From positions 1,643 to 65,642 of the forward strand of contig JBMOIC010000011.1 in the NCBI GenBank assembly GCA_049317525.1: a stretch of DNA of 64,000 nt, in the 5' to 3' direction. Each line of letters opens with the position of its first letter. The first letter of the stretch is position 1. The notes below the pieces were generated by a model. That model made no database searches. It worked only from the letters and a program-made list of their open reading frames with translations, and was not told the DNA's origin. The translations under genes and the position numbers were made by a program. This DNA comes from Bacteroidota bacterium. GTDB lineage: Bacteria; Bacteroidota; Ignavibacteria; Kapaibacteriales; UBA961. This document shows positions 30,848-39,505 of the stretch, one piece after another.

Positions 30848-31351
30848 GTGAGCAAAGTAAGATTATCAGAACTTGATCTTAAAGATAAGTTAGTTTATGT
30901 TGGCCGTACTGCCAAAGTAGTAAAAGGTGGTCGTCGTTTCAATTTTACAGCTTTAGTTGTAGTTGGAGATGGCAATGGTCATATTGGCTATGGTCTTGGA
31001 AAAGCCGGTGAAGTTGTAGATGCTGTAAGCAAAGCAACTGAAGCTGCTAAAAAAGGTATTGTGAAGGTTCAACTTCAAAATACTACTATTCCACATGAAG
31101 TATTAGCAAAATATGGTGCAGCTTCTGTACTCATAAAGCCTGCTACACCAGGTACAGGTGTTATTGCTGGTGGAGGTGTTCGCGCCGTATTAGAATTAGC
31201 TGGCGTACAAGACGTACTAACCAAAAGCATGGGTTCTTCTAACCCTCATAATACAGTAAAGGCAACGGTTCGGGCATTAACTTTATTAGAAGATGCTCAA
31301 TCAGCGGCCCAACGCAGAGGTATTTCTTTAAAAAAAGTACTTCATGGTTAA
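30848..31351 (+). CDS. rpsE: 30S ribosomal protein S5
   Basis: 167 aa, GTG start. [34 protein letters not shown]. Confidence 0.95.
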   Translation: MSKVRLSELDLKDKLVYVGRTAKVVKGGRRFNFTALVVVGDGNGHIGYGLGKAGEVVDAVSKATEAAKKGIVKVQLQNTTIPHEVLAKYGAASVLIKPATPGTGVIAGGGVRAVLELAGVQDVLTKSMGSSNPHNTVKATVRALTLLEDAQSAAQRRGISLKKVLHG

Positions 31352-31361
31352 GGAGACATAC

Positions 31362-31553
31362 ATGACAAATGCAGATTCTAAAGTAAAGATTACACAAGTA
31401 CGTAGCATTATTAAATGCAAGCAGTATCAAAAAGATACAATTCATGCACTTGGCCTTGGCAGACCTAATTACGAAGTTGTTCATACATTAAATCCTCAGA
31501 TTCAAGGTATGATAAATGTAGTAAAGCATCTTGTTAAAGTTGAGTCAATTTGA
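31362..31553 (+). CDS. rpmD: 50S ribosomal protein L30
   Basis: 63 aa. ATG at 31362 is preceded by GGAG. The ORF track's 31344 start would overlap the rpsE end. KVKITQVRS.I... Confidence 0.85.
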   Translation: MTNADSKVKITQVRSIIKCKQYQKDTIHALGLGRPNYEVVHTLNPQIQGMINVVKHLVKVESI

Positions 31554-31572
31554 GAGACGGAGAATAAATCCC

Positions 31573-32037
31573 ATGAAACATATCGGTAATATAAGCCCAA
31601 ATAAAGGTTCACATAAATCACCTAAGCGTATCGGTAGAGGTGCAGGTTCTGGTCACGGTGGTACATCTACACGTGGGCATAAAGGACACGCTGCTCGTTC
31701 CGGCTTTAAGAGTAAAAGAAATTTCGAGGGCGGTCAAATGCCTTTGAGCCGCCGTGTACCTAAATTTGGATTTAAAAATCCCTTCCGTATTGAATACCAA
31801 GAAGTAAATGTATCTAGGTTACAAGAGCTTGTTGATAATAACAAAATACATGTTGGTGATACAGTTGATTTAGATGTTCTCCGTAATCTAGGTGTTATCA
31901 AATCATCTCGTATACCTATTAAAGTTCTTGGTAATGGCGATTTAACTGCAAAGTTAAATGTTACCGCCGCAAAATTTACTGAAACTGCAAAGGGTAAAAT
32001 CGAACATGCCGGAGGCAGTGTTGTAATCGATGAATAA
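31573..32037 (+). CDS. rplO: 50S ribosomal protein L15
   Basis: 154 aa. ATG at 31573 is preceded by GGAG. KRIGRGAGSGHGGTSTRGHKG motif. Confidence 0.92.
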   Translation: MKHIGNISPNKGSHKSPKRIGRGAGSGHGGTSTRGHKGHAARSGFKSKRNFEGGQMPLSRRVPKFGFKNPFRIEYQEVNVSRLQELVDNNKIHVGDTVDLDVLRNLGVIKSSRIPIKVLGNGDLTAKLNVTAAKFTETAKGKIEHAGGSVVIDE

Positions 32038-33382
32038 ATTCTTTCAAACCATTGCCAATGTCTTCAGAATAGAAGAATTAAAGCAACGTATTTTATATAC
32101 TGCGCTTATTCTTTTAGTGGTTAGAATAGGGTCTTATGTCCCGCTACCAGGTGTAGATGTAATTGCATTACAAGCATCAAAAGGTGGAGATTCTAACACT
32201 TTATTTGGACTTTATGACCTTTTTGTAGGTGGAGCATTATCTAATGCTTCAATTTTTGCATTAGGTATTATGCCATATATCTCAGCTTCAATTATTCTGC
32301 AGTTAGCTGGAATAGTTATGCCTGAAGTACAAAGATTGCAAAGGGAAGGCGAAGAAGGAAGAAAAAAAATAACCCAATTCACTCGATATTTAACAGTTCT
32401 TATTGCTTGTCTGCAAGCTTGGGGTGTTAGCATAAAAATTGCCAATCCAGGTACATCTGCGGCTTCAGCTGTTGCCCCTGATATGGTTGCATGGTTTACA
32501 TTCACTTCGATTATACTGCTTTCATCTGGTACGATATTTCTAATGTGGCTTGGTGAGCAAATTACTGAAAGAGGATTAGGAAATGGTATTTCACTAATCA
32601 TTTTTATCGGTATAGTTGCAAGACTACCAGATGCCATATTCGCTGAAATTAACTATATAAATTCCACTCCGCAGTTATTTGTACATTTGATTATTTTTGC
32701 AATTCTAGTTTTTATAATAGCTGGAGTTGTACTAATCACTCAGGGAGCACGAAGAATACCTGTTCAGTATGCAAAAAGAGTTGTTGGTAAAAAAGTTTAT
32801 GGTGGTACTACTCAATATATACCTTTAAGAGTAAATACTTCCGGTGTTATGCCTATTATCTTTGCTCAGTCTATATTGTTTGTACCAAGTACAATTTTAA
32901 GCTTTTTTCCAGAAAACACTACTTTGCAGTGGATATCAAGCCAATTGTTTCGTGAACAGTCATATATTTATGCTCTAACATATTCTACTCTTATTGTGTT
33001 TTTTACATATTTTTATACTGCTGTAGCTTTTAACCCAAGAGATGTAGCTGATAATATGAAAAAACAAGGTGGTTTTATTCCTGGTATTAGACCAGGAGCA
33101 CCTACTGCAGATTATATTGAAAATATATTAACTAGAATAACTTTACCTGGTGCTATGTTTCTTGCCCTTATAGCAATTATGCCAACATTTGTTTCTAATG
33201 TATTACGAGTACAACCATCATTTGCTTCGTTTTTTGGTGGTACAAGTTTACTTATAGTTGTTGGCGTAGCATTAGATACATTGCAACAAGTTGAATCATA
33301 CTTATTAATGCGTCATTATGACGGCTTTATGAAAAGTGGCAAAATTCGAGGCAGAGCAAACTCAGGTGCTGGTGGTTTTTAA
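32030..33382 (+). CDS. secY: preprotein translocase subunit SecY
   Basis: 450 aa, 10 TM. Conserved SecY segments (GIMPYISASIILQL, GISLIIF.GI). Confidence 0.96.
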   Translation: MNKFFQTIANVFRIEELKQRILYTALILLVVRIGSYVPLPGVDVIALQASKGGDSNTLFGLYDLFVGGALSNASIFALGIMPYISASIILQLAGIVMPEVQRLQREGEEGRKKITQFTRYLTVLIACLQAWGVSIKIANPGTSAASAVAPDMVAWFTFTSIILLSSGTIFLMWLGEQITERGLGNGISLIIFIGIVARLPDAIFAEINYINSTPQLFVHLIIFAILVFIIAGVVLITQGARRIPVQYAKRVVGKKVYGGTTQYIPLRVNTSGVMPIIFAQSILFVPSTILSFFPENTTLQWISSQLFREQSYIYALTYSTLIVFFTYFYTAVAFNPRDVADNMKKQGGFIPGIRPGAPTADYIENILTRITLPGAMFLALIAIMPTFVSNVLRVQPSFASFFGGTSLLIVVGVALDTLQQVESYLLMRHYDGFMKSGKIRGRANSGAGGF

Positions 33383-33387
33383 TTGAA

Positions 33388-34173
33388 ATGGAAACTGTTA
33401 CAATACATACTGATAGCCCAATAAAGAATATTGAGAAAGCTTGTCGAATAGTTGCAGAAACAATAATGCTAGTTGGAAAAAGTATTAAAGTAGGCACAAA
33501 GACATTAGAACTAGACAAAATTGCAGAAGATTATATTTTAACCCAAAATGCAATACCAGCTTTTAAAGGTTATAAAGTAGATGGAAATGATTTTAAGCAT
33601 ACACTTTGTATTTCGGTAAATGAAGAAGTTGTGCATGGAATCCCTAGTGAAAGACTGATAGAAGAAGGCGATATAGTTTCTATAGATTGTGGTGTTCAGT
33701 ATAATGGTTATTTCGGTGATAGTGCATATACTTTTTCAGTTGGCACTATTTCAGCAGAGATAGAAAAATTACTTAAAACAACACAAGAATCTTTAGATCT
33801 TGGAGTACAGCAAGCTATAGCAAGAAATAAAGTTTATGATATAGCAAGAGCTGTTCAAACGCACGTTGAAAATAATGGATTTTCTGTAGTGAGACAATTG
33901 GTTGGCCATGGAATAGGCAAACAATTACATGAAGATCCGGCTATACCGAATTTTGTACCACCTTTGTTACAACGTTCGTACTATCCCAATGCAAAATTGC
34001 AAAGAGGAAAAACAATAGCAATTGAACCGATGGTTAATATTGGTACACATAATGTTAAAACATTAAGTGATGGCTGGACAGTAATAACAGCCGATAAAAG
34101 ACCATCAGCACATTTTGAACATACTGTCCTCGTAGAAGAGGGCAAACCGATAATACTTACTTTGATGGATTAA
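33388..34173 (+). CDS. map: type I methionine aminopeptidase
   Basis: 261 aa. Metal ligands in DIVSIDCG...[20 protein letters not shown]. Confidence 0.93.
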   Translation: METVTIHTDSPIKNIEKACRIVAETIMLVGKSIKVGTKTLELDKIAEDYILTQNAIPAFKGYKVDGNDFKHTLCISVNEEVVHGIPSERLIEEGDIVSIDCGVQYNGYFGDSAYTFSVGTISAEIEKLLKTTQESLDLGVQQAIARNKVYDIARAVQTHVENNGFSVVRQLVGHGIGKQLHEDPAIPNFVPPLLQRSYYPNAKLQRGKTIAIEPMVNIGTHNVKTLSDGWTVITADKRPSAHFEHTVLVEEGKPIILTLMD

Positions 34174-34177
34174 CTTA

Positions 34178-34396
34178 ATGTCGAAACAAGATCTTATTAG
34201 GATTGATGGTGTCATAGATGAAACATTACCTAATACCCAGTTTATAGTTAAGTTAGAAAATAACCATAAAGTACTGTGTCATATATCGGGAAAGATGAGA
34301 ATGAATTTTATCAAGATTCTTCAGGGCGATAAGGTAACAGTAGAGTTATCACCCTATGATCTTGCAAAAGGCCGTATTGTTTACCGCTATAAATAA
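34178..34396 (+). CDS. infA: translation initiation factor IF-1
   Basis: 72 aa. S1-like IF-1 ([39 protein letters not shown]). Confidence 0.95.
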   Translation: MSKQDLIRIDGVIDETLPNTQFIVKLENNHKVLCHISGKMRMNFIKILQGDKVTVELSPYDLAKGRIVYRYK

Positions 34397-34405
34397 AGAA
34401 TAGCT

Positions 34406-34522
34406 ATGAAAGTTCAAGCATCAGTAAAAAAACGCAGCCCGGACGACAAAATTGTTGTTCGAAGAGGCAAAGTGTATATTATCAACAAGAAAAATCCACG
34501 CTTTAAGCAACGTCAAGGATAA
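34406..34522 (+). CDS. rpmJ: 50S ribosomal protein L36
   Basis: 38 aa, [38 protein letters not shown]. Not in the ORF track because it is under 60 aa; found by reading the infA-rpsM spacer. Confidence 0.9.
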   Translation: MKVQASVKKRSPDDKIVVRRGKVYIINKKNPRFKQRQG

Positions 34523-34536
34523 TAAGGAGAACGCTT

Positions 34537-34914
34537 GTGGCTCGTATCGCCGGCATAGATTTGCCAAAAAATAAACGAGGCATTATTGGGCTTACGTATA
34601 TCTTCGGCGTAGGCAAAGAAACCTCTTCTCGAATTCTTACCAAAGCAGGTATAGAATTTGAAAAGCGAATAATGACCTGGACAGATGAAGAAATTGCACG
34701 TATACGTTCTGCTATTGCAGATTATAAAGTTGAAGGTCAGCTTCGTTCTGAAATTCAATTAAATATTAAAAGATTGATGGATATTGGGTGCTATAGAGGC
34801 CTAAGACATCGTCGTGGTTTACCTGCACGCGGGCAACGTACTCGTACTAATTCCCGTACAAGAAAAGGTCGTCGTAAAACAGTAGCTGGTAAGAAAAAAG
34901 CAGCTAGGAAATAA
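34537..34914 (+). CDS. rpsM: 30S ribosomal protein S13
   Basis: 125 aa, GTG start. [19 protein letters not shown]. Confidence 0.95.
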   Translation: MARIAGIDLPKNKRGIIGLTYIFGVGKETSSRILTKAGIEFEKRIMTWTDEEIARIRSAIADYKVEGQLRSEIQLNIKRLMDIGCYRGLRHRRGLPARGQRTRTNSRTRKGRRKTVAGKKKAARK

Positions 34915-34944
34915 TAAGTTTGTTAACATCATATACCGAATACT

Positions 34945-35331
34945 ATGGCCGCAGCTAAAAAGCGTGTTAAGAAAAAAACGGTTAGTGACATACATGGAAA
35001 AGCACTTATTCGTGCAACTTTCAATAATGTAATTGTTACTATAACCGATACATATGGTAATGTTCTTACTTGGTCCTCTGCAGGTCGCAATGGCTTCCGT
35101 GGTTCCAAAAAGAATACTCCTTATGCATCTCAAGTATCAGCAGAAAGAGCAGCTAAAGAAGCTCATGAAATGGGATTAAGAAAGGTTGAGGTTATCGTTA
35201 GAGGCCCAGGCTCTGGACGTGAAGCAGCAATTAGAGCATTATCTCAAGCAGGACTTGAAATATTAAATATTTTGGATAAAACTCCGTTGCCACATAATGG
35301 ATGCCGTCCTCCTAAGCGCAGAAGAGTTTAA
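34945..35331 (+). CDS. rpsK: 30S ribosomal protein S11
   Basis: 128 aa. ..[17 protein letters not shown]...WSSAG..GF.GS.K.TP. Confidence 0.95.
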   Translation: MAAAKKRVKKKTVSDIHGKALIRATFNNVIVTITDTYGNVLTWSSAGRNGFRGSKKNTPYASQVSAERAAKEAHEMGLRKVEVIVRGPGSGREAAIRALSQAGLEILNILDKTPLPHNGCRPPKRRRV

Positions 35332-35350
35332 TTATTCGATTATATTTTTG

Positions 35351-35370
35351 ATGCCTGCAGATGCAGGCAT
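35351..35370. repeat. perfect 9-bp inverted repeat (ATGCCTGCA GA TGCAGGCAT) in the rpsK-rpoA spacer, where rpsD normally resides
   Basis: Read directly from the sequence; flanked by T-rich sequence. Function unknown; it could be an internal attenuator/processing hairpin or a scar left by the rpsD relocation. Confidence 0.5.
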
Positions 35371-35458
35371 TATGCACTCTGATATATTGTTTTAAATAAA
35401 ATAATTGCTCTCACCCAGCCGCTGTTATTATACAGCTGCGCTATTAGTAAGAGAAAAA

Positions 35459-36475
35459 ATGAATACATCCATGCAAATGCCCGAAAGGGTTCATATTGAA
35501 GAAACTGACATCGCTTTTAAAGGGCGTTATGTTCTTCAACCTCTAGAAGAAGGTTATGGCGTTACAATAGGTAATGCACTACGTAGAGTATTATTATCTT
35601 CTATTCCAGGCCATGCTATTGTTGGCGTTAAGCTTGGCAATGTTCAGCATGAATTTGAAACAATTCCTGGTGTTGTAGAAGATATGTGTGAAATTATTCT
35701 GAATCTAAAAGAAGTTCGTTTTCGTCTTTTAGATAAAAAGAATAGTAAAATGTCATTAAAACTAAAAGGTCCTAAGATTTGGACTGCAGCAGACATACAA
35801 GAAGCTTGTCCTCACATTGAAGTAATGGAACCAGATAAGTATATTGCTACTTTAGCTGATGATGCTGAGTTTGATGTTGAGTTTAAGATTGGTCGTGGAA
35901 AAGGATATATTCCTGGAGAAGAACACAATAGTACTGAATATCCTTTAGGGATGATTCCTATAGATTCTATCTTTACGCCAATTAAAAATGTTGTGTATAC
36001 AATAGAGCCTTTTCGAGTTGGACAAAAAACTGACTATGAAAGACTAACTTTAGATGTATATACCGACGGTACAGTAACTGCACAAGAATCTATACAAGAA
36101 GCTGCTGCTATTCTTCAAGAACATTTGATGTTATTTGTAAATTTTGAACAAATGCGTCGTGAACAAGAAGCTCAAGAAGTAGTTGAAGAAGAAGCAAAGG
36201 AAGCTGAAAAAACACGTATGAGAAGAATTCTATTTACTCCTGTAGATGAATTAGAACTTTCTGTTCGTGCACATAATTGCTTGAAGGCTGCAAATATCAA
36301 ATCACTTGCTGAATTGGTATCATTAAATGAGCAAGATTTGCTCAAATTCAGAAACTTTGGCCGTAAATCATTAACTGAATTAGCGGAAATCGTTCGTGTT
36401 CATGGTTTGGTTTTTGGCATGAACATAGAAAAATATGTAAAAGAAGAAGCTAAGACAGCTGATTCTGAAGCATAA
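35459..36475 (+). CDS. rpoA: DNA-directed RNA polymerase subunit alpha
   Basis: 339 aa from MNTSMQMPERV (the ORF track starts upstream at 35405). NTD/CTD similarity. The NTD-CTD linker carries an acidic insert (REQEAQEVVEEEAKEAEKTRMRR). Confidence 0.93.
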   Translation: MNTSMQMPERVHIEETDIAFKGRYVLQPLEEGYGVTIGNALRRVLLSSIPGHAIVGVKLGNVQHEFETIPGVVEDMCEIILNLKEVRFRLLDKKNSKMSLKLKGPKIWTAADIQEACPHIEVMEPDKYIATLADDAEFDVEFKIGRGKGYIPGEEHNSTEYPLGMIPIDSIFTPIKNVVYTIEPFRVGQKTDYERLTLDVYTDGTVTAQESIQEAAAILQEHLMLFVNFEQMRREQEAQEVVEEEAKEAEKTRMRRILFTPVDELELSVRAHNCLKAANIKSLAELVSLNEQDLLKFRNFGRKSLTELAEIVRVHGLVFGMNIEKYVKEEAKTADSEA

Positions 36476-36506
36476 ATCATCTAGATTTGATTAGAGAGAA
36501 ATAACA

Positions 36507-37178
36507 ATGATTCATCGTAGAGTTGGAAGGAAACTTGGCCGTACATGGAGCCACAAGAAAGCACTAATGTGCAATATGGCTACCGATTTGTTTCTTCATA
36601 AAAAAATTGTGACTACAGAAGCAAAAGCAAAAGAATTACGTCCATTTGCAGAAGCGCTTATTACAAGAGCCAGAATTGCACTTCGCAATGAACAAAATGG
36701 TAATGTTCCAAATTCACGTCCTAATAAGAATGGTGAGGTTATTAAGTCTACAACAGACTTTAATCAACGCCGTCAAGTTGGACGCTTTATTAAAAATAAG
36801 GCAGTACTTCAGGAACTTTTTGATACAATAGCCCCTGCAGTGTTCACCCGTGATGGTGGATATACACGTATTATTAAGCTTGGGCCTCGTCGTGGTGATG
36901 GTGGTAAAGAAGCTATTATTGAATTAGTAGATTTTGCACTTCCACAAGATGGTGTTGTAAGATTGAAGAAAAAACAATCTGCTAGACCAATGAAAGCTAC
37001 TACGAAGTCTGCAATTATTACAAGTGCTGTAGCCCCTATTACTGCAGAAGAAATAGAAGAAGAAATTGCTGAAGTGAAAGAAATGTCTACCGATACAATT
37101 ATAGAAGAATCTTTAGTTGAAGACATTCCACAAGAGGAAACTTCTTCTGAAGATAAAAAAGAAGAATCTGCTGAATAA
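36507..37178 (+). CDS. rplQ: 50S ribosomal protein L17 with ~90-aa acidic C-terminal extension
   Basis: 223 aa. N-terminal ~125 aa are L17 (HRRVGRKLGRTWSHKKALMCNMATDLFLHKKIVTT.AKAKELRP.AE.LIT). The remainder is low-complexity and acidic (...EEIEEEIAEVKEMSTD...EETSSEDKKEESAE). Confidence 0.9.
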   Translation: MIHRRVGRKLGRTWSHKKALMCNMATDLFLHKKIVTTEAKAKELRPFAEALITRARIALRNEQNGNVPNSRPNKNGEVIKSTTDFNQRRQVGRFIKNKAVLQELFDTIAPAVFTRDGGYTRIIKLGPRRGDGGKEAIIELVDFALPQDGVVRLKKKQSARPMKATTKSAIITSAVAPITAEEIEEEIAEVKEMSTDTIIEESLVEDIPQEETSSEDKKEESAE

Positions 37179-37197
37179 GTTAATCGACATAGATTTT

Positions 37198-37229
37198 AAG
37201 GCAACTGTTTTCAGTTGCCTTTTTTTTTA
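37198..37229 (+). terminator. Rho-independent terminator ending the ribosomal super-operon
   Basis: Stem GGCAACTG / CAGTTGCC (37200-37219) with loop TTTT, followed by T10. Confidence 0.7.
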
Positions 37230-37246
37230 TATGATAGATAGATAAT

Positions 37247-38203
37247 ATGAAGCTATTTGTATCATGTGGTGATGTGAATGGGATAGGACTTGAAACATTT
37301 TTTAAGTCTATACAATCTATGGATATACTAGATCATGAAGTGATTCTATGTATTCATCCTAAAACTCTTGAAGAGTCTGGATTAGCAGGCCCTTTGATTA
37401 ATAATACAGTAGTAAGTGGTAAGCATATAATAACAATTCATCCATGTACTATGTATTCACCAATTACATATGGCATTGCAACTAAAGAATCTGCTAAATT
37501 AGCTATTGAATCACTTGAAATATCTATTCATCATGTATATCATAAAAATGCAGATGCATTGATTACATTGCCAATATCAAAGGCATCTTTAAGAGAATGT
37601 GATTGGGACTTTCCTGGTCAAACAGAAATGTTATCAGCATATACAAATCAAGCTCAGCCATTAATGATATTGTTCGCAAAACAATTTCGAGTAGCACTTG
37701 CCACGATCCATGTGCCGCTGCAAAAAGTATCTTCAATGATATCTAAAGACTCTCTTGTACAGACAATTAACATATTACATACTTCTTTATGCGAAGATTG
37801 GCATATTGAACAACCAACAATAGCGGTTTTAGGATTAAATCCTCATGCAGGAGAGCAAGGAGATATTGGTAATGAAGAACAAATCAGTATAATTCCTGCA
37901 ATTGATCAGTGTACATCTCACAATATCAAAGTAGATGGACCATTTTCGGCTGATGCTTTTTTTGCACAAAAAAAATATCAACACTATGATGCTGTTTTAG
38001 CAATGTATCATGATCAAGGTTTAATTCCATTAAAAATGATTTCTGATTATTCAGGTGTTAATGCTACAGTTGGTTTGCCAATTATCCGCATGTCGCCCGA
38101 TCATGGCACTGCATATGATATTGCAGGAAAGAATATCGCACATTTTGAAAGCACTAAACAAGCTATCTTATCTGCAATAGAATTTGCAGTTAATAGGGCA
38201 TAA
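37247..38203 (+). CDS. pdxA: 4-hydroxythreonine-4-phosphate dehydrogenase
   Basis: 318 aa. GDVNGIGLE, RVALATIHVPL, VLGLNPHAGE, AVLAMYHDQGLIPLK, SPDHGTA, collinear with E. coli PdxA. Confidence 0.85.
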   Translation: MKLFVSCGDVNGIGLETFFKSIQSMDILDHEVILCIHPKTLEESGLAGPLINNTVVSGKHIITIHPCTMYSPITYGIATKESAKLAIESLEISIHHVYHKNADALITLPISKASLRECDWDFPGQTEMLSAYTNQAQPLMILFAKQFRVALATIHVPLQKVSSMISKDSLVQTINILHTSLCEDWHIEQPTIAVLGLNPHAGEQGDIGNEEQISIIPAIDQCTSHNIKVDGPFSADAFFAQKKYQHYDAVLAMYHDQGLIPLKMISDYSGVNATVGLPIIRMSPDHGTAYDIAGKNIAHFESTKQAILSAIEFAVNRA

Positions 38204-38215
38204 AAGGTGAATACG

Positions 38216-39505
38216 ATGACACATTATTCAGCAGATTTTGCATCATTAGCAGATAAAAATGATGCACTTGCATCATGCAGAGATGATTTCTTTTTTCCAC
38301 AATATAATGGACATTCAGCATTATATTTTTGTGGTAATTCTCTAGGACTTCAACCCAAAAGTGTTTCTGATTATATAGAACAGGAATTAAAAGATTGGAG
38401 AGAATATGGAGTAGAAGGCCATTTTAATTCCAAAAGACCATGGTTTTCATATCATAAAGTATTAACAGAATCATTGGCTAGATTAGTAGGAGCTTTACCA
38501 TTAGAAGTTGTTGCTACAAATACATTAACAGCAAATCTTCACTTTGCAATGGTTTCATTTTATAAGCCTACACCTCAAAGATATAAGATTATAATGGAAG
38601 GAAATGCTTTTCCTTCTGATCAATATGCTATCGAATCACAAGTTAGATTTCATGGTTTTCATCCTGACACTACGATAATTGAAGTATTTCCTAGAGAAGG
38701 AGAATATACACTTAGAACAGAAGACATTTTATCTGCAATTTCATTTCATGGTAATGAGTTAGCATTATTGATGTTTAGCGGTGTTCAATATTTAACTGGG
38801 CAAAGATTTAATATGCAGCAAATAGCAGAAGCTGCACATGATGTAGGTGCTTATTGTGGCTTGGATTTAGCCCATGCAATAGGAAATGTTGAATTAGAAT
38901 TACATGATTGGCACATAGATTTTGCAGTTTGGTGTTCTTATAAGTATTTAAATTCTGGTCCGGGTGGTATTGGTGGACTTTTTATCCACGAAAAACATGC
39001 ATATTCTAGTGAATTACCTCGATTTGCAGGCTGGTGGGGATATCAAGAATCGTCAAGATTTTTAATGAAAAAAGGATTTATACCTGAGCCTGGGGCTCAA
39101 GGTTGGCAAGTAAGTAATGCACAAGTATTTCAAATGGCAGCATTAAGAGCTTCTTTAGATATCTTTGATAAAGCAGATTTACGCTTATTATTTGCTAAAA
39201 GAGATGCGCTTACAGGTTATGCTGAATATTTGTTGGATTCCTTATTACAAGAGTATCCACATATTCCCTTAGAAATAATAACTCCCAAAAACAGTAAAGA
39301 AAGAGGGGCTCAATTATCTATGTTAATTCATAAACATGGAAAAGAATTGATGGAAAGCCTATTATCAGATGGAATAATAGTGGATTGGAGAGAACCCAAT
39401 ATTATAAGATTGGCACCTGCACCTTTATACAATTCATTTGCAGATATTACAAAGTTCTCAGAAAAATGTAAGGAACATTGTATTCGATTATTTACCAACA
39501 AGTAA
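38216..39505 (+). CDS. kynU: kynureninase
   Basis: ~429 aa. ...YFCGNSLGLQPK..., class-V aminotransferase-like PLP fold; strong overall kynureninase similarity. ATG at 38216 has an AAGGTG RBS; an alternative GTG lies at 38207. Confidence 0.8.
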   Translation: MTHYSADFASLADKNDALASCRDDFFFPQYNGHSALYFCGNSLGLQPKSVSDYIEQELKDWREYGVEGHFNSKRPWFSYHKVLTESLARLVGALPLEVVATNTLTANLHFAMVSFYKPTPQRYKIIMEGNAFPSDQYAIESQVRFHGFHPDTTIIEVFPREGEYTLRTEDILSAISFHGNELALLMFSGVQYLTGQRFNMQQIAEAAHDVGAYCGLDLAHAIGNVELELHDWHIDFAVWCSYKYLNSGPGGIGGLFIHEKHAYSSELPRFAGWWGYQESSRFLMKKGFIPEPGAQGWQVSNAQVFQMAALRASLDIFDKADLRLLFAKRDALTGYAEYLLDSLLQEYPHIPLEIITPKNSKERGAQLSMLIHKHGKELMESLLSDGIIVDWREPNIIRLAPAPLYNSFADITKFSEKCKEHCIRLFTNK

